From an uncultured Gemmatimonadales bacterium (GTDB taxonomy: Bacteria > Gemmatimonadota > Gemmatimonadetes > Gemmatimonadales > GWC2-71-9), in assembly GCA_963795085.1 (NCBI GenBank), contig CAWCFX010000001.1, forward strand, positions 896,001-960,000: a DNA stretch of 64,000 nucleotides, written 5' to 3'. The position numbers were made by a program, and so were the translations under genes. Within the stretch, counting starts at the first letter, position 1; each line of letters opens with the position of its first letter. The notes below the pieces were generated by a model. The model was not told the origin of the DNA and made no database searches. It saw nothing but the letters and a program-made list of their open reading frames with translations. Positions 38,820-51,640 of this stretch are shown here, in pieces.

Positions 38820-39455
38820 ATGTCACGCTATATCGGTCCCAGTTGCCGCCAGTGCCGCCGCGAAGGCGTCAAGTTGTACCTCAAGGGAGCCAAGTGCCTC
38901 ACCGACAAGTGCCCGGTGGAGCGGCGGCCCTACCCCGCGGGCCAGCATGGCCAGTCGGGCGGGCGGAGCCGCAAGGCCTCGGAGTATTCCAAGCAGTTGC
39001 GTGAAAAGCAGAAGGTCAAGCGGATGTACGGGCTGTCCGAAGGCCAGTTCCGGAACCTCTTCGACACCGCGGCCAGCCTGCCCGGCGTCAAGGGCACCAA
39101 CCTGCTGGTGGCGCTCGAGACCCGGCTGGACAACATCGTTTACCGCCTGGGCTTTGCGTCCAGTCGCAAGGATGCCCGCCAGTTCATCCGTCACGGCCAT
39201 ATCCAGGTCAACGGCGGCAAGGTGAACATCCCGTCGTTCAAGGTCCTGCCCGGCATGGAAGTGCGGGTGGCGGCGGACAGCCGGGAGATGGTGCGGGTCA
39301 AGCTGGCCCAGGAACTCCAGGCGCGGGGCGCCCCGGTTTCCTGGTTGAGCGTGGACAGCGACAAGGCGGTTGGCCGCCTCACCGAGCGCCCGACCCGGGA
39401 CGCCATTCCCATCAACGCACAGGAACAGCTCATCGTCGAGCTGTACTCGAAGTGA
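38820..39455 (+). CDS. rpsD: 30S ribosomal protein S4
   Basis: CRQCRREG, QLREKQK, LETRLDN and IVELYSK. Confidence 0.98.
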   Translation: MSRYIGPSCRQCRREGVKLYLKGAKCLTDKCPVERRPYPAGQHGQSGGRSRKASEYSKQLREKQKVKRMYGLSEGQFRNLFDTAASLPGVKGTNLLVALETRLDNIVYRLGFASSRKDARQFIRHGHIQVNGGKVNIPSFKVLPGMEVRVAADSREMVRVKLAQELQARGAPVSWLSVDSDKAVGRLTERPTRDAIPINAQEQLIVELYSK

Positions 39456-40528
39456 CCATGAGCATTGACCTTACTGGACTGGTCCGTCCCCATCTCGTCG
39501 AGATGACCAAGCGGGACGACAACCCGAACGTCGCCGAGTTCCGGCTGCAGCCGCTGGAGCGTGGCTTCGGCTACACGCTGGGCAACTCGATCCGGCGCCT
39601 GCTCCTCTCCTCGCTCCGAGGCACCGCGGTCTGGGGCTTCCGCCTCGACGGCGTGGTGCACGAGCACCAGACCGTGCCGGGCGTCCTCGAGGATATCCAC
39701 CAGGTCATCCAGCGGCTCAAATCGCTGGCCCTGGTGCTGGCCGAAGAGACCGACGAGGCCATTCTCAAGATCAAGCGGGACACCGCTGGTCCGGTCTATG
39801 CCCGGGACCTCACGCCCCACGGCTCCGTCACCATCGTGAACCCGGACCACCTGCTGTTCACGCTGCAGGACGACCGGGAGATCAACGGTGAGTTGTACGT
39901 CGGCAAGGGGCGCGGGTATGTCGAGGCCGAACTCCACGTGGTGGACCGCTCGCTGCCGGTGGACCTGGTCCGCATTGACGCGATCTACAACCCGGTGCGC
40001 CGTGCCAACTTCGTGGTGGCCGAGACCCGGGTGGGTCAGCGCACCGACTACGACCGGCTGGTCGTGACCGTCGAGACCAACGGCACCATTACCCCGGAAG
40101 ACGCGATCGCCTACGCGGCCGCGCTGGCCCAGGAGCACTTCCGCTACTTCGTCGAGTTCGGCAAGGTGCCCACCATGCGGCCCGACCGCGCGGTGGCCGG
40201 CGCCGCGGCCGGCTCCCAGCTGCGCGACCGGCTGGCCCGCCCGATCGACGACTTCGGGCTCTCGGTCCGATCGCTGAACTCGCTCAAGAATTCCAACATC
40301 CGGACCCTGGCTGACCTGGTCCAGTACCCGGAAGAAGACCTGCTCAAGGTCAAGAACGTCGGCGAGAAGGCGCTTTCCGAGATCGCCGAGCTGCTGCGCC
40401 GGGAAGACCTCAACTTCGGCATGGCGTTCGAGGACCTCGAGGGCGATGTTCGGATCACCAAGGCGGGCACTCCGCCGTCGGCCTCCACCGCGGCGGCCTC
40501 CGCTGACGACCTGGGAGACGAGGGCTAA
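39452..40528 (+). CDS. rpoA: RNA polymerase alpha subunit
   Basis: PLERGFGYTLGNSIRR and LSVRSLNSLK; start GTG 39452 or ATG 39458. Confidence 0.98.
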   Translation: MTMSIDLTGLVRPHLVEMTKRDDNPNVAEFRLQPLERGFGYTLGNSIRRLLLSSLRGTAVWGFRLDGVVHEHQTVPGVLEDIHQVIQRLKSLALVLAEETDEAILKIKRDTAGPVYARDLTPHGSVTIVNPDHLLFTLQDDREINGELYVGKGRGYVEAELHVVDRSLPVDLVRIDAIYNPVRRANFVVAETRVGQRTDYDRLVVTVETNGTITPEDAIAYAAALAQEHFRYFVEFGKVPTMRPDRAVAGAAAGSQLRDRLARPIDDFGLSVRSLNSLKNSNIRTLADLVQYPEEDLLKVKNVGEKALSEIAELLRREDLNFGMAFEDLEGDVRITKAGTPPSASTAAASADDLGDEG

Positions 40529-40884
40529 TGCGCCACAACGCCAAGGGGCGGCAACTCTCCCGCACCGCGACCCACCGGCGGGCCATGCTCAACAACATGG
40601 CGGCCAGCCTGTTCGCCCACGGTGGTGTCACCACCACCGAGGCCAAGGCCAAGGAACTGCGGCCCTTCGCCGAGAAGCTGATCACCATGGCGCGCCGGGG
40701 CGACCTGCATTCCCGCCGGCTGGTCGAGCGCAAGATCAAGGACCGGGAGATCACCCATAAGCTGTTTACCGAGATCGGGCCCCGGTTCGCCGCGCGGCCC
40801 GGCGGCTACACCCGGATTCTCAAGTTGGGTCACCGGGTGGGAGACGGTGCCGATGTCGCCAAGATCGAGCTGCTGCCGGAGTGA
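40528..40884 (+). CDS. rplQ: 50S ribosomal protein L17
   Basis: MRH..TTTEAKAKELR..GGYTRILK. Confidence 0.98.
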   Translation: MRHNAKGRQLSRTATHRRAMLNNMAASLFAHGGVTTTEAKAKELRPFAEKLITMARRGDLHSRRLVERKIKDREITHKLFTEIGPRFAARPGGYTRILKLGHRVGDGADVAKIELLPE

Positions 40885-40919
40885 CCGGACTGGGCAGGTG
40901 CAGAGCGGCAGGACATACG

Positions 40920-40946
40920 AAAGGGGACCTCGGGGTCCCCTTTTTT
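40920..40946. terminator. Intrinsic terminator between convergent rplQ and rpmB
   Basis: AAAGGGGACC-TCGG-GGTCCCCTTTTTT. Confidence 0.9.
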
Positions 40947-40990
40947 ATGGTGGGTCGATGAAGGGCCGGGCGTGGCGCCTGACCACACCC

Positions 40991-41209
40991 TTACGCGGTG
41001 ACGGCCTGCCGGGGGGCCTTGCGGGCCTTCTGGACCTTGTTCCCCTTGATGCACTGGGTGCAGACCCGCACCCGCTTCGGCTGGCCGTTGACCTCGACCC
41101 GGACGGTCTGGAGGTTGGGGTACCACCGGCGGTTGGTCCGGTTGTTGGCATGGCTTACGTTATGCCCGGTGATCGGTCCCTTGCCACAGACAGTGCAGAT
41201 GCGCGCCAT
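40991..41209 (-). CDS. rpmB: 50S ribosomal protein L28
   Basis: [23 protein letters not shown]. Confidence 0.97.
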   Translation of the reverse strand: MARICTVCGKGPITGHNVSHANNRTNRRWYPNLQTVRVEVNGQPKRVRVCTQCIKGNKVQKARKAPRQAVTA

Positions 41210-41264
41210 ACGGGTCTCGTCCTTATGAAATGCCGTGCCAAGTCGTTATCGCAAACAGTCTTGA

Positions 41265-42275
<1,011 letters not shown>

Positions 42276-42300
42276 ACCGCCGCGCCCTGCGCGCTGCCCT

Positions 42301-43227
42301 ATGAACCTGTTCGTTACCGGGGCGGACGGGTTTGCGGGGTCGCACCTGGTCAAGCTGCTGCTGGCGCAGGGGCACGCGGTTACGGGCACCCGCCTGGAGT
42401 CGCGGTCTGCCAGCCCGGTGCTCAGCGGGCCGGAGCACGACCGGGTCCGCTGGATTACGATGGACCTGGCCCGGGCCGATTCGGTGCGGGACGCGCTCCG
42501 GGAGGACTTCGACGCCGTAGTGCACCTCGCGGCGGTGGCCGGGTCCCGCGACGCCGGCGCCGACAAGGGCTATGCCTGGGCGGTGAACGCCGGCGGCACC
42601 GCCCGCCTCCTGGACGGTCTGGTGGCCCGGGGCAGCCGGGCCCGGGTGATCGTGGTCTCCAGTTCGATGGTCTATGGCGAGGGCGCCGGCCGGGCCCACC
42701 GGGAGACCGATCCGGTCAACCCGCTGTCGGCCTACGGCGCCACCAAGCTGGGCACCGAGATCTGCGCCCTGCAGTTTGCGCGGCAGCATGGCCTCGGCGT
42801 GATCATCGCGCGGCCGTGGCCCCACACCGGCCCGTACCAGCAGTCGGGCCGGCAGTTTCCCGACTGGCTGGCCCGCCTGCGGAAAGGCGAGACCCGGATG
42901 CCGTTCGGCGACCCCGGCGCGGTGCGGGACTACCTGGACGTGCGGGACGTGGCCCGCGCCTACCTGGCGCTGGCGGAGCGGGGCGCGCCGGGTGAGGTCT
43001 ATAACATCGCCAGCGGGACCGGGCGCACGTTCACTGAATTATTCTCCAGTCTGAGCCGGGCCGCCGGTGTCGCCGCCGAGCTGGTGGCGAGCCCGGACCG
43101 GCGGCGCGGGTGGGATGAGCAATATTCCGTTGGGGATCCAGGCAAGCTGACCGGCGCGACCGGGTGGACCCCCGCCATCAATTTCGACCAGACCCTTCGC
43201 GACATGGTACATGCCCAAGCGCACTGA
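42301..43227 (+). CDS. Extended SDR, probable GDP-4-keto-6-deoxy-D-mannose reductase (Rmd-like)
   Basis: [17 protein letters not shown] and RDYLDVRDV motifs; adjacent to gmd. Confidence 0.75.
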   Translation: MNLFVTGADGFAGSHLVKLLLAQGHAVTGTRLESRSASPVLSGPEHDRVRWITMDLARADSVRDALREDFDAVVHLAAVAGSRDAGADKGYAWAVNAGGTARLLDGLVARGSRARVIVVSSSMVYGEGAGRAHRETDPVNPLSAYGATKLGTEICALQFARQHGLGVIIARPWPHTGPYQQSGRQFPDWLARLRKGETRMPFGDPGAVRDYLDVRDVARAYLALAERGAPGEVYNIASGTGRTFTELFSSLSRAAGVAAELVASPDRRRGWDEQYSVGDPGKLTGATGWTPAINFDQTLRDMVHAQAH

Positions 43228-46200
43228 CCTCTCGTCCATCCTGATCATCGGCTCCGGTCCCATCATCATCGGCCAGGGCGCGGAATTCGACTATTCGGGG
43301 ACCCAGGCGGTGCGGGCGCTCAAGGAGGAGGGGTACCGGGTCATCCTGGTGAACTCGAATCCCGCCACCATCATGACCGATCCGGAACTGGCGGACCGCA
43401 CCTATATCGAGCCGGTGACGCCGGAATGGGTCGCGAGGGTGATCGAGCGGGAGCGCCCCGACGCGCTGCTCCCCACCATGGGGGGCCAGACGGCGCTCAA
43501 CGTCGCCATGGCGCTGGAGAAGGACGGAACCCTGGAAAAATACGGGGTCGAGTTGATCGGCGCCGACGCCCGGGCCATCATGATCGCCGAGGACCGGGAG
43601 GAGTTCAGCCGGGCGATGTACCGGCTCGGCCTGGCGACGCCGCAGGGCCGCACGGTGCACGATTTCGACGAGGCGCTCGCGGTGGTGGAGCGGACCGGGT
43701 ACCCGGCCATCATCCGTCCCTCCTTTACGCTGGGCGGCACCGGCGGCGGCATCGCCTACAACCCGGAGGAGTTCGAGGAGCTGATCCACCGGGGGCTGGA
43801 ACTCTCGCCGGTCGGCTCGGTGCTGGTGGAGCGGAGCGTGCTGGGCTGGAAGGAGTACGAGCTGGAGGTGATGCGGGACGGGGCGGACAACGTGGTGATC
43901 GTCTGCACCATCGAGAACCTGGACCCCATGGGGGTGCATACCGGCGACTCCATCACGGTGGCGCCGGCCATGACCCTTACCGACCGCGAGTACCAGCAGA
44001 TGCGGGACGCGGCCATCCGGATCATCCGGGAAGTGGGAGTCGCGGCGGGCGGCTGCAACATCCAGTTCGCGGTGAACCCGGCGGACGGCGAGCAGCTGGT
44101 CATCGAGATGAACCCGCGGGTGAGCCGCTCCTCGGCGCTGGCCTCCAAGGCCACCGGGTTCGCGATCGCCCGGATCGGCACCAAGCTGGCCGTCGGCTAC
44201 CGGCTCGACGAGCTGCCCAACGACATCACGAAGACTACCCCGGCCTCCTTCGAGCCGGTGCTGGACTACGTGGTGGTGAAGATCCCCCGGTTCGCCTTCG
44301 AGAAGTTCCCCGCCGCCAACCCGCGCCTCACCACCCAGATGAAGTCGGTGGGCGAAGTCATGGCGATCGGGCGGACGTTCAAGGAAGCGCTCCAGAAGGG
44401 GCTGCGCGGGCTGGAGATTGACCGACCTGGCTGGACCATCGGCCCGATGCTGCTTGATGACCGGCTCCCCGACGACGCGGTGGAGTCGCTCCGGGCCGGT
44501 CTTCGCACGCCCACGCCGGAACGGATCTTCCAGATCAAGCGGGCCCTTCTCGCCGGCCTGAGCGTGGAAGAGATCTACGAGCTGAGCGCGATTGACCCCT
44601 GGTTCCTGGGGCAGCTGGAGGAACTGGTGGAAGCGGAGGCGGCGTGGCGGACGGTGGCACCGGCGGACCGGCGGACCGCGCTCCGGGACATGAAGCGGCT
44701 CGGCTTCTCCGATCGCCAGCTGGCCGACCTGCAGGGGACCGCCGAAGCCGAGATTCGGAGGGAGCGACACGCCCTCGGCATCCGGCCGGCCTATAAGACG
44801 GTGGACACTTGCGCCGGCGAATTTCCTTCCTCGACGCCTTATCTCTACTCCTCCTACGACGAGGAGAACGAGGCGGTCACCAGCGAGCGGCCGACGGTGA
44901 TGATCCTCGGCAGCGGGCCCAACCGGATCGGGCAGGGTGTCGAGTTTGACTACTGCTGCGTGCGGGCGGTCATGGGATTCCGGGAACTGGGCTACCGCAC
45001 CGTGATGGTCAACTCCAACCCGGAGACCGTCTCCACCGACTACGACACCGCCGACACGCTCTACTTCGAACCGCTGACGCTGGAAGACGTGCTGGAGATT
45101 GCCGCGGTGGAGAAGCCGATCGGCGTGGTGGTCCAGCTGGGGGGGCAGACCCCGCTCAAGCTGGCGCGAGGCCTGGAGGAGGCCGGGGTGCCGATCATGG
45201 GCACCTCGCCGGACGCGATTGACCTGGCCGAGGACCGGGGCCGGTTCGAAGCGCTGGCCCGGGAACTGGGCGTGGCCCAGCCGCCCAGCGGTGCCGCCGA
45301 ATCGCTGGCGGAAGCGCTCGCGGTGGGCGAACGGATCGGCTACCCGATCCTGGTGCGGCCGTCCTACGTGCTGGGGGGGCGGGGCATGCGGATCGTGTAC
45401 GATGCCGCCTCCCTCACCGACTACTTCGCCAGCGCGGTGCGGGTGGCGCCGGGCCACCCGGTGCTGATCGACAGTTTCCTCGAGGACGCGTTCGAGGCCG
45501 ACGTGGATGCCATCGCCGATGGCACCCAGTGCATCATCGGCGGCGTGATGCAGCACATCGAAGACGCGGGGATCCACTCGGGCGATTCCGCCTGTGTGCT
45601 GCCGCCCTACCTGATCACCGACGCCCAGGTGGACCAGATGCGGCAGTACACCCGGGACTTCGCGCTCCGGCTGGGTGTGGTGGGGCTCATCAACGTGCAG
45701 TACGCCATCAAGCACGACGTGGTGTACGTGCTGGAGGTGAACCCCCGGGGGTCCCGCACGGTGCCGTTCGTCTCCAAGACTACCGGCGTGCAGCTGGCCG
45801 GCCTCGCCGCGGCCGTCATGGCAGGCAAGACCCTGGAAGAACTGGGCCTGAGCGACGACGTGCTGCAGCCGTACGTCGCGGTCAAGGAAGCCGTCTTCCC
45901 CTTCAACAAGCTGCACGGGGTGGACCTGGTGCTGGGTCCCGAGATGCGGTCCACCGGCGAGGTCATGGGGATCGCGGACTCGTTCGGGATGGCCTTCGCC
46001 AAGGCGCAGATCAGCGCGGACGGGTCGCTTCCGCTGGAAGGGGCCATCTTCGTGACCGTGAACGACCACGACAAGCCCTCGGTCACGCCGATCGCGCGGC
46101 GCTTTCACGAGATGGGTTTCAAGGTGTACGCCACCGCGGGCACCGCGCGCCACCTGCGGGCCCGCGGGGTCCCGGCGGAAACGGTGCTCAAGGTGTACGA

Positions 46201-46465
46201 GGGAAGGCCCAACGCGATCGACCTGATGCTCTCGGGCCGGATTCACCTGCTGATCAACACCCCGCTGGGCAAGCTGACCCAGCAGGACGACTATGCCATC
46301 CGCCGGTCCGCGTTGCAGCAGCGGGTGCCCTACACCACCACCCTGTCGGCCGCCTCGGCGGCGTCGGACGCGATCATCGCGCTCCGCAGCCGGGAGCGGA
46401 CCGTGACCTCGCTCCAGGAGTGGCACGCGCTGGCGCGTGACTATGCGCGGGAACCGGCCGGGTGA
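43211..46465 (+). CDS. carB: Carbamoyl-phosphate synthase large subunit
   Basis: MPKRTD, EFDYSG, two ATP-grasp domains and an MGS-like C-terminus. Confidence 0.98.
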   Translation: MPKRTDLSSILIIGSGPIIIGQGAEFDYSGTQAVRALKEEGYRVILVNSNPATIMTDPELADRTYIEPVTPEWVARVIERERPDALLPTMGGQTALNVAMALEKDGTLEKYGVELIGADARAIMIAEDREEFSRAMYRLGLATPQGRTVHDFDEALAVVERTGYPAIIRPSFTLGGTGGGIAYNPEEFEELIHRGLELSPVGSVLVERSVLGWKEYELEVMRDGADNVVIVCTIENLDPMGVHTGDSITVAPAMTLTDREYQQMRDAAIRIIREVGVAAGGCNIQFAVNPADGEQLVIEMNPRVSRSSALASKATGFAIARIGTKLAVGYRLDELPNDITKTTPASFEPVLDYVVVKIPRFAFEKFPAANPRLTTQMKSVGEVMAIGRTFKEALQKGLRGLEIDRPGWTIGPMLLDDRLPDDAVESLRAGLRTPTPERIFQIKRALLAGLSVEEIYELSAIDPWFLGQLEELVEAEAAWRTVAPADRRTALRDMKRLGFSDRQLADLQGTAEAEIRRERHALGIRPAYKTVDTCAGEFPSSTPYLYSSYDEENEAVTSERPTVMILGSGPNRIGQGVEFDYCCVRAVMGFRELGYRTVMVNSNPETVSTDYDTADTLYFEPLTLEDVLEIAAVEKPIGVVVQLGGQTPLKLARGLEEAGVPIMGTSPDAIDLAEDRGRFEALARELGVAQPPSGAAESLAEALAVGERIGYPILVRPSYVLGGRGMRIVYDAASLTDYFASAVRVAPGHPVLIDSFLEDAFEADVDAIADGTQCIIGGVMQHIEDAGIHSGDSACVLPPYLITDAQVDQMRQYTRDFALRLGVVGLINVQYAIKHDVVYVLEVNPRGSRTVPFVSKTTGVQLAGLAAAVMAGKTLEELGLSDDVLQPYVAVKEAVFPFNKLHGVDLVLGPEMRSTGEVMGIADSFGMAFAKAQISADGSLPLEGAIFVTVNDHDKPSVTPIARRFHEMGFKVYATAGTARHLRARGVPAETVLKVYEGRPNAIDLMLSGRIHLLINTPLGKLTQQDDYAIRRSALQQRVPYTTTLSAASAASDAIIALRSRERTVTSLQEWHALARDYAREPAG

Positions 46466-47418
46466 GCGCCCGCGACCCCCGGTTCATCGAACTGCTGGCA
46501 TCGCGAGTCCGGGGCATGGTCAAGGCGGAGGAGCCCCTGGCCCGGTACAGCACGTGGCGGATCGGCGGGCCGGCGACCATGCTGTTCCCCCAGACCCAGG
46601 ACGACGTCCTCGCGGCCCTCCGCCTGGCCGCGGACGCGGGAGTCTCCTGGTTCGCGCTGGGCCTGGGTTCCAACATCCTGCTGCCGGACGAAGGGCTGGA
46701 CGCGCTGGTCATCCGGGTGGGCAAGGGTCTCGATGGCATTCGGAGCGACGGGTCTCGCTGGTGGATCGGCGCCGGGTTGCCGGCGCCCCTGGCCGCCCGG
46801 AAGACCGCCGAGGCGGGGTGGGGCGGCCTGCACAAGATGGTCGGGGTACCCGGGAGCGTCGGCGGGGGCGTGTACATGAATGCCGGGTGCCATGGGGCGG
46901 AGTGGTCGGACGTGATCACCCGGGTGACGGTGGCCGACGCGGCGGGGTCGGTCACGGTGCGGGAGCGGTCCGCCATTCCGTTTCAGTACCGGTGGAGCGG
47001 GCTGGAGCGCGCGGTGGTGCTGGAGGTAGAGGTCGAGCTTCGGCCCGAGGAGAGCCACCGGCTCACCGACGAGGTGGCCGAGTTGTTCCGCTGGCGGCAG
47101 GAAGGCACCCCGTTCAACCAGCCCTGCTGCGGCAGCACCTTCAAGAACCCGGGCGGCGTCTCCGGGGTGGTGGAGGGGGGGCCGAAGACGGCGGGCCAGC
47201 TGATCGAGGCAGCCGGGCTCAAGGGCCACCGGGTTGGCGGCATCCAGGTTTCGCCGATGCATGCCAACTATTTCGTGAACACCGGCGGGGGGAGCGCGGC
47301 GGAGGTACGGGCGCTGATCGCCCAGGCGCAGGCCGCGGTCCGGGAGCGCTTCGGGGTGGAACTGGAGACCGAGGTCAAGCTGGTGGGGCCGGATGGCCGG
47401 TACCAGGTGAGCGACTGA
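46462..47418 (+). CDS. murB: UDP-N-acetylenolpyruvoylglucosamine reductase
   Basis: [33 protein letters not shown] and LETEV motifs. Confidence 0.95.
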   Translation: MSARDPRFIELLASRVRGMVKAEEPLARYSTWRIGGPATMLFPQTQDDVLAALRLAADAGVSWFALGLGSNILLPDEGLDALVIRVGKGLDGIRSDGSRWWIGAGLPAPLAARKTAEAGWGGLHKMVGVPGSVGGGVYMNAGCHGAEWSDVITRVTVADAAGSVTVRERSAIPFQYRWSGLERAVVLEVEVELRPEESHRLTDEVAELFRWRQEGTPFNQPCCGSTFKNPGGVSGVVEGGPKTAGQLIEAAGLKGHRVGGIQVSPMHANYFVNTGGGSAAEVRALIAQAQAAVRERFGVELETEVKLVGPDGRYQVSD

Positions 47419-47503
47419 TCCGCACCCGGCCCGCCGCGTCGCGAGCGGTGCCGCCGCGCGCTCCGCGGTGAGCCGACGGAGAAACCCAGGGAGCCAGGGA
47501 CCA

Positions 47504-48094
47504 ATGTCTGACTATTTCGTGCATGAAAGCAGTTACGTCGACGATGGCGCCGTCATCGGCCAGGGCAGCAAGGTCTGGCACTTCTCCCACGTGATGAGCG
47601 GGGCCGTGATCGGCGAACGCTGCAACCTGGGGCAGAACGTGGTGGTAATGCCGGGCACCCGGCTGGGGAACAACGTCAAGGTTCAGAACAATGTCTCGAT
47701 CTACGAAGGGGTGGAGATCGAGGACGACGTCTTCTGCGGCCCCAGCTGCGTCTTCACCAACGTGATCAATCCGCGGAGCCATGTTTCCCGGAAATCGGAG
47801 TACCAGCGCACCCTGGTGCGGCAGGGGGCGTCAATCGGCGCCAACGCGACCATCGTGTGCGGATCCACCCTGGGGCGCTACGCATTCGTCGGGGCCGGCG
47901 CCGTGGTCAAAGGGGAGGTTCCCGACTTCGCCCTGATGGTCGGGGTGCCGGCCCGGCGGGTTGGCTGGATGTGCCAGTGTGGCATACGGTTACACCTCGA
48001 GGGCGGGAAGGCGGCATGTGGCGCCTGCGGGGCATCGTACGAAGAGAAAGACGGCCTGCTCCGGCTCGTTGATCTTCCCTCGAAGCAGGGCTAA
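47504..48094 (+). CDS. Hexapeptide N-acetyltransferase (WbpD-like)
   Basis: [22 protein letters not shown] and GVPAR..CQCG motifs. Confidence 0.88.
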   Translation: MSDYFVHESSYVDDGAVIGQGSKVWHFSHVMSGAVIGERCNLGQNVVVMPGTRLGNNVKVQNNVSIYEGVEIEDDVFCGPSCVFTNVINPRSHVSRKSEYQRTLVRQGASIGANATIVCGSTLGRYAFVGAGAVVKGEVPDFALMVGVPARRVGWMCQCGIRLHLEGGKAACGACGASYEEKDGLLRLVDLPSKQG

Positions 48095-48227
48095 GTTTAG
48101 CGGCTGTTTGGGCTTATAGCTCATCAGCAAGGTTGCTGGAACGCTCCGAGCGGAGCGAACGGTGGAGCGGAACGGCCATGCGCCCTCTGCCATGCGCCAC
48201 ATGCTCACATCAATTGAGGCCTCTGTT

Positions 48228-49343
48228 TTGAACGTCCCCCTGCTGGATCTTGTCGCGCAATATCAATCCATCAAGGATGATGTGCTCCCCGCCATGATGG
48301 CCGTAATCGAACGCCAGGGCTTTATCATGGGCGCCGAAGTCGGCCAGCTGGAGAGCGAGATCGCCGCCGTCTGCGAAGCGAAATACGGCATTGCCTGCGC
48401 CAGCGGCACCGATGCCATCCTGCTGCCGCTCAAGGCGCTCGATCTCGAGCCCGGGGACGAGATCATCGCGCCGGCGTTCACCTTCTTTGCCACGGCCGGG
48501 GCCATTCACAACGCGGGCGGTACGCCGGTGTTCGTGGACATGGACCCGCTGACCTTCAACGCCTCACCCGCCGCCATCGAGGCCGCGCTCACGCCGCGGA
48601 CCCGGGGGATCGTGGTGGTGCACCTCTTCGGGCAGATGGCGGCGATGGAGCAGATCCTTCCCATCGCCCGCAAGCGCGGCATCGCGGTCATCGAGGACGG
48701 CGCCCAGGCGGTGGGAGCCCGGCGCAAGATCGACGGGGCGTGGAAGGTGGCCTGCGGCATGGGGACGGCCGGCACCCTGTCGTTTTTTCCCAGCAAGAAC
48801 CTGGGCGCCTGGGGCGACGGCGGCATGATGATTACGCAGGACGAGGCCCTTGCCACCCGGCTCAAGCGGCTCCGGCTGCATGGCGGCGCGCGTGAGTATC
48901 ACCACGACGAAGTGGGCACCAACAGCCGGCTGGATACCCTGCAGGCCGCCGTGCTCCGGGCCAAGCTGCCCTACCTGGCCGGCTGGAGCGCGGCCCGGCG
49001 GGAGCGGGCGGCCCGCTACACGGCAGCTTTCCACGGCCAGTCGGCGATCACGCCTCCCCATACCGACCCCGCCAACGAGCACATTTTCCACCAGTACACC
49101 ATCCAGGTGCCCGACCGCGACAAGCTGGGCGCCCACCTCAAGGCCCGGGGTATCGGCAGCAAGGTGTACTACCCGGTGCCCCTGCACCTGCAGCCCTGCT
49201 TTGCCCACCTGGGTTACCAGCGCGGCGCGCTGCCTCACACCGAACAGGCGATGGACCGGGTCATTTCATTGCCCATTTATCCCGAGTTGAGCGACGCCCA
49301 ACAGGACGCGGTGATCGGCGCGGTCAAGGAATTCTTCGCGTGA
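48228..49343 (+). CDS. DegT/DnrJ/EryC1/StrS aminotransferase (WbpE-like)
   Basis: SGTDA, EDGAQ, SFFPSKNLG and NSRLD motifs; TTG start inferred from a GAGG RBS. Confidence 0.9.
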   Translation: MNVPLLDLVAQYQSIKDDVLPAMMAVIERQGFIMGAEVGQLESEIAAVCEAKYGIACASGTDAILLPLKALDLEPGDEIIAPAFTFFATAGAIHNAGGTPVFVDMDPLTFNASPAAIEAALTPRTRGIVVVHLFGQMAAMEQILPIARKRGIAVIEDGAQAVGARRKIDGAWKVACGMGTAGTLSFFPSKNLGAWGDGGMMITQDEALATRLKRLRLHGGAREYHHDEVGTNSRLDTLQAAVLRAKLPYLAGWSAARRERAARYTAAFHGQSAITPPHTDPANEHIFHQYTIQVPDRDKLGAHLKARGIGSKVYYPVPLHLQPCFAHLGYQRGALPHTEQAMDRVISLPIYPELSDAQQDAVIGAVKEFFA

Positions 49344-50353
49344 GCCGGCTGCGCATTGGGGTGATCGGAGCCGGGGCCTGGGGCAACAACCACGTCCGGA
49401 CTATCTCGGGGATGGCCGAGGCGGAGCTGGCGGCCGTCTGCGACATGAACCCGGCCGTCCGGGAGCGTCTGGCCCGGCAGTACCCCGGCACCCTGGTGAC
49501 CGATTCGGTGGAGGAGGTGTTGCGCCGGGTCGACGCCGTGATTGTGGCAACTCCCGCCAGGACCCACGTCGAGGTGGGGCTGCAGGCGGTCGAGGCTGGC
49601 CTTCCGACCCTGGTCGAGAAGCCTTTTGCACTCAACGTCCGGGACGCCGAACGGCTGGCCGACCTGGCCGAGCGGCGGGCGGTCCCCCTCCTGGTGGGGC
49701 ACCTGCTGGAATACCACCCCGTGGTGGAGCGGCTGAAGGCCCTGATCGAGGATAAGTCACTGGGGGACCTGTATTACCTCTACGCCCAGCGGGTCAACCT
49801 GGGGCAGGTCCGGCCCGACGAGAACGCGCTCTGGAGCTTCGGGCCCCATGACGTCTCGGTGGCACTGTTCCTGCTCGGCGAGGCGCCTGTCACCGTCTCG
49901 GCCCAGGGGCGCTCGTACCTGCAGAAGGGCATTGAGGATATCGTCTTCCTCAACATGACCTTCCGGTCGGGGGTGATGGCCCACGTCCAGATGTCCTGGC
50001 TGGATCCCCACAAGGAGCGGCGGCTCACGGTGGTGGGCTCCCGGCAGATGGCGGTGTTCGACGACATGGCCAGCCGGGAGAAGCTGCGCATTTATGACAA
50101 GGGCGTGGACCGGCCGCCGGAGTACAAATCCTATGGCGAGAGCCTGAGCATCCGGGAAGGGGACATTTTCATCCCCCGGGTGCCGAACACCGAACCGTTG
50201 TCGGCCCAGTTACAACATTTCATCCGGGTGGCGCGCAAGGAGATCCTGCCTCGCGCCGACGCCCGGGATGGAGTGCGAACCGTGCGCGTGCTGGAAGCGG
50301 CGAGCCGCTCGCTGTCCCAGGGGGGCGCACCTATCTCGGTTGAAGGAGTGTAA
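49340..50353 (+). CDS. Gfo/Idh/MocA oxidoreductase (WbpB-like candidate)
   Basis: GAGAWG, VEKP and HD motifs. Confidence 0.87.
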   Translation: MSRLRIGVIGAGAWGNNHVRTISGMAEAELAAVCDMNPAVRERLARQYPGTLVTDSVEEVLRRVDAVIVATPARTHVEVGLQAVEAGLPTLVEKPFALNVRDAERLADLAERRAVPLLVGHLLEYHPVVERLKALIEDKSLGDLYYLYAQRVNLGQVRPDENALWSFGPHDVSVALFLLGEAPVTVSAQGRSYLQKGIEDIVFLNMTFRSGVMAHVQMSWLDPHKERRLTVVGSRQMAVFDDMASREKLRIYDKGVDRPPEYKSYGESLSIREGDIFIPRVPNTEPLSAQLQHFIRVARKEILPRADARDGVRTVRVLEAASRSLSQGGAPISVEGV

Positions 50354-51639
50354 TGACGACTGCCGCGGAGTTGATCAAGAAGGCCGAAAAGCGGGAAACC
50401 CTGTTCGGCATCATCGGGCTGGGGTACGTGGGGTTGCCGCTGGCGGTCGAGCTGGCCAACGCCGGCTACCGGGTGCTGGGATATGACATCAGCCAGCGAG
50501 TGGTGGACAGCCTGAACCAGGGCAAGTCCCACATCAAGGACATCTCGGACGCCCAGCTGGGGAAGGTGGCCAAGGCCGGATTGTTCACCGCCACCACCGA
50601 CCCGGATCGGCTGGGCGAGCCGGACGCGATTTCGATCTGCGTACCCACGCCGCTCTCCAAGTTCAAGGATCCCGACGTCAGCTACATCGTGGCGGCCACC
50701 GACGCGGTCAAGAAGACGCTGCGCAAGGGCCAGGCGATCATCCTGGAGAGCACCACGTACCCGGGCACTACACGGGAGATCATGCTGCCCGCTCTGGAGA
50801 GCACCGGGCTCAAGGTGGGCACCGACTTCTTCCTGGCGTTCAGCCCCGAGCGGGTGGACCCGGGGAATCCGAAGTTCCTGACCAAGAACACGCCCAAGGT
50901 GGTCGGCGGCATCACGCCGGCCTGTCTCGAGGTGGCGACGGCACTCTACCAGCCGGCCATTGATACCCTGGTCCCGGTCTCCACGACCGAGGCGGCGGAA
51001 CTGGTCAAGCTGCTGGAGAACACCTTCCGCAGCGTGAACATCGGCCTGGTCAACGAAATGGCCATCGTCTGCGACAAGCTGGGTGTGGACGTCTGGGAGG
51101 TCATCGAGGCGGCGGCCACCAAGCCGTTCGGCTTCATGAAGTTCCTGCCGGGGCCGGGGCTGGGCGGGCATTGCATCCCGATCGATCCGCACTATCTCGC
51201 CTGGAAGATGCGCGGTCTCAACTACAAGACCCGGTTCATCGACCTGGCCGGGGAGCTCAACACCGAGATGCCGCTCTTCTGGGTGCGCAAGGTGGGCGAC
51301 GCCCTCAACAGCAAGGGCAAGTCGGTGCGCGGCTCCGCCATCCTCGTCCTCGGCGTCGCCTACAAGAAAGACATCGACGACATCCGGGAAAGCCCGGCCC
51401 TGGACATCATCCGGCTGCTGGAGCAGCAGGGGGCCCGGGTGACCTATCACGATCCCCACGTGCCCAGCTTCAAGGAAGACGGGCACGAACTCAAGTCGGT
51501 GGCGTTCGGGCCGGAGCAGGTCGCCGCCGCGGACTGCGTCATGATCGTGACCGATCACACGTCCATCGATTACCGCATGGTTCGGGATCGGGCCCAGCTG
51601 GTGGTGGACACCCGGCACGCGCTGCCCCGGGCCGACTGA
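50353..51639 (+). CDS. UDP-N-acetylhexosamine 6-dehydrogenase (WbpA/WecC family)
   Basis: [22 protein letters not shown] and GGHCIPID motifs. Confidence 0.9.
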   Translation: MTTAAELIKKAEKRETLFGIIGLGYVGLPLAVELANAGYRVLGYDISQRVVDSLNQGKSHIKDISDAQLGKVAKAGLFTATTDPDRLGEPDAISICVPTPLSKFKDPDVSYIVAATDAVKKTLRKGQAIILESTTYPGTTREIMLPALESTGLKVGTDFFLAFSPERVDPGNPKFLTKNTPKVVGGITPACLEVATALYQPAIDTLVPVSTTEAAELVKLLENTFRSVNIGLVNEMAIVCDKLGVDVWEVIEAAATKPFGFMKFLPGPGLGGHCIPIDPHYLAWKMRGLNYKTRFIDLAGELNTEMPLFWVRKVGDALNSKGKSVRGSAILVLGVAYKKDIDDIRESPALDIIRLLEQQGARVTYHDPHVPSFKEDGHELKSVAFGPEQVAAADCVMIVTDHTSIDYRMVRDRAQLVVDTRHALPRAD

Positions 51640-51640
51640 C

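Noticed and set aside
43178..46426. 1082-aa antisense ORF over carB (likewise 57768-61112 over secA, 29045-31510, 11857-13473 and others)
   Set aside because: Shadow ORFs expected from high-GC3 codon bias; no recognisable motifs, and they mirror well-supported genes.
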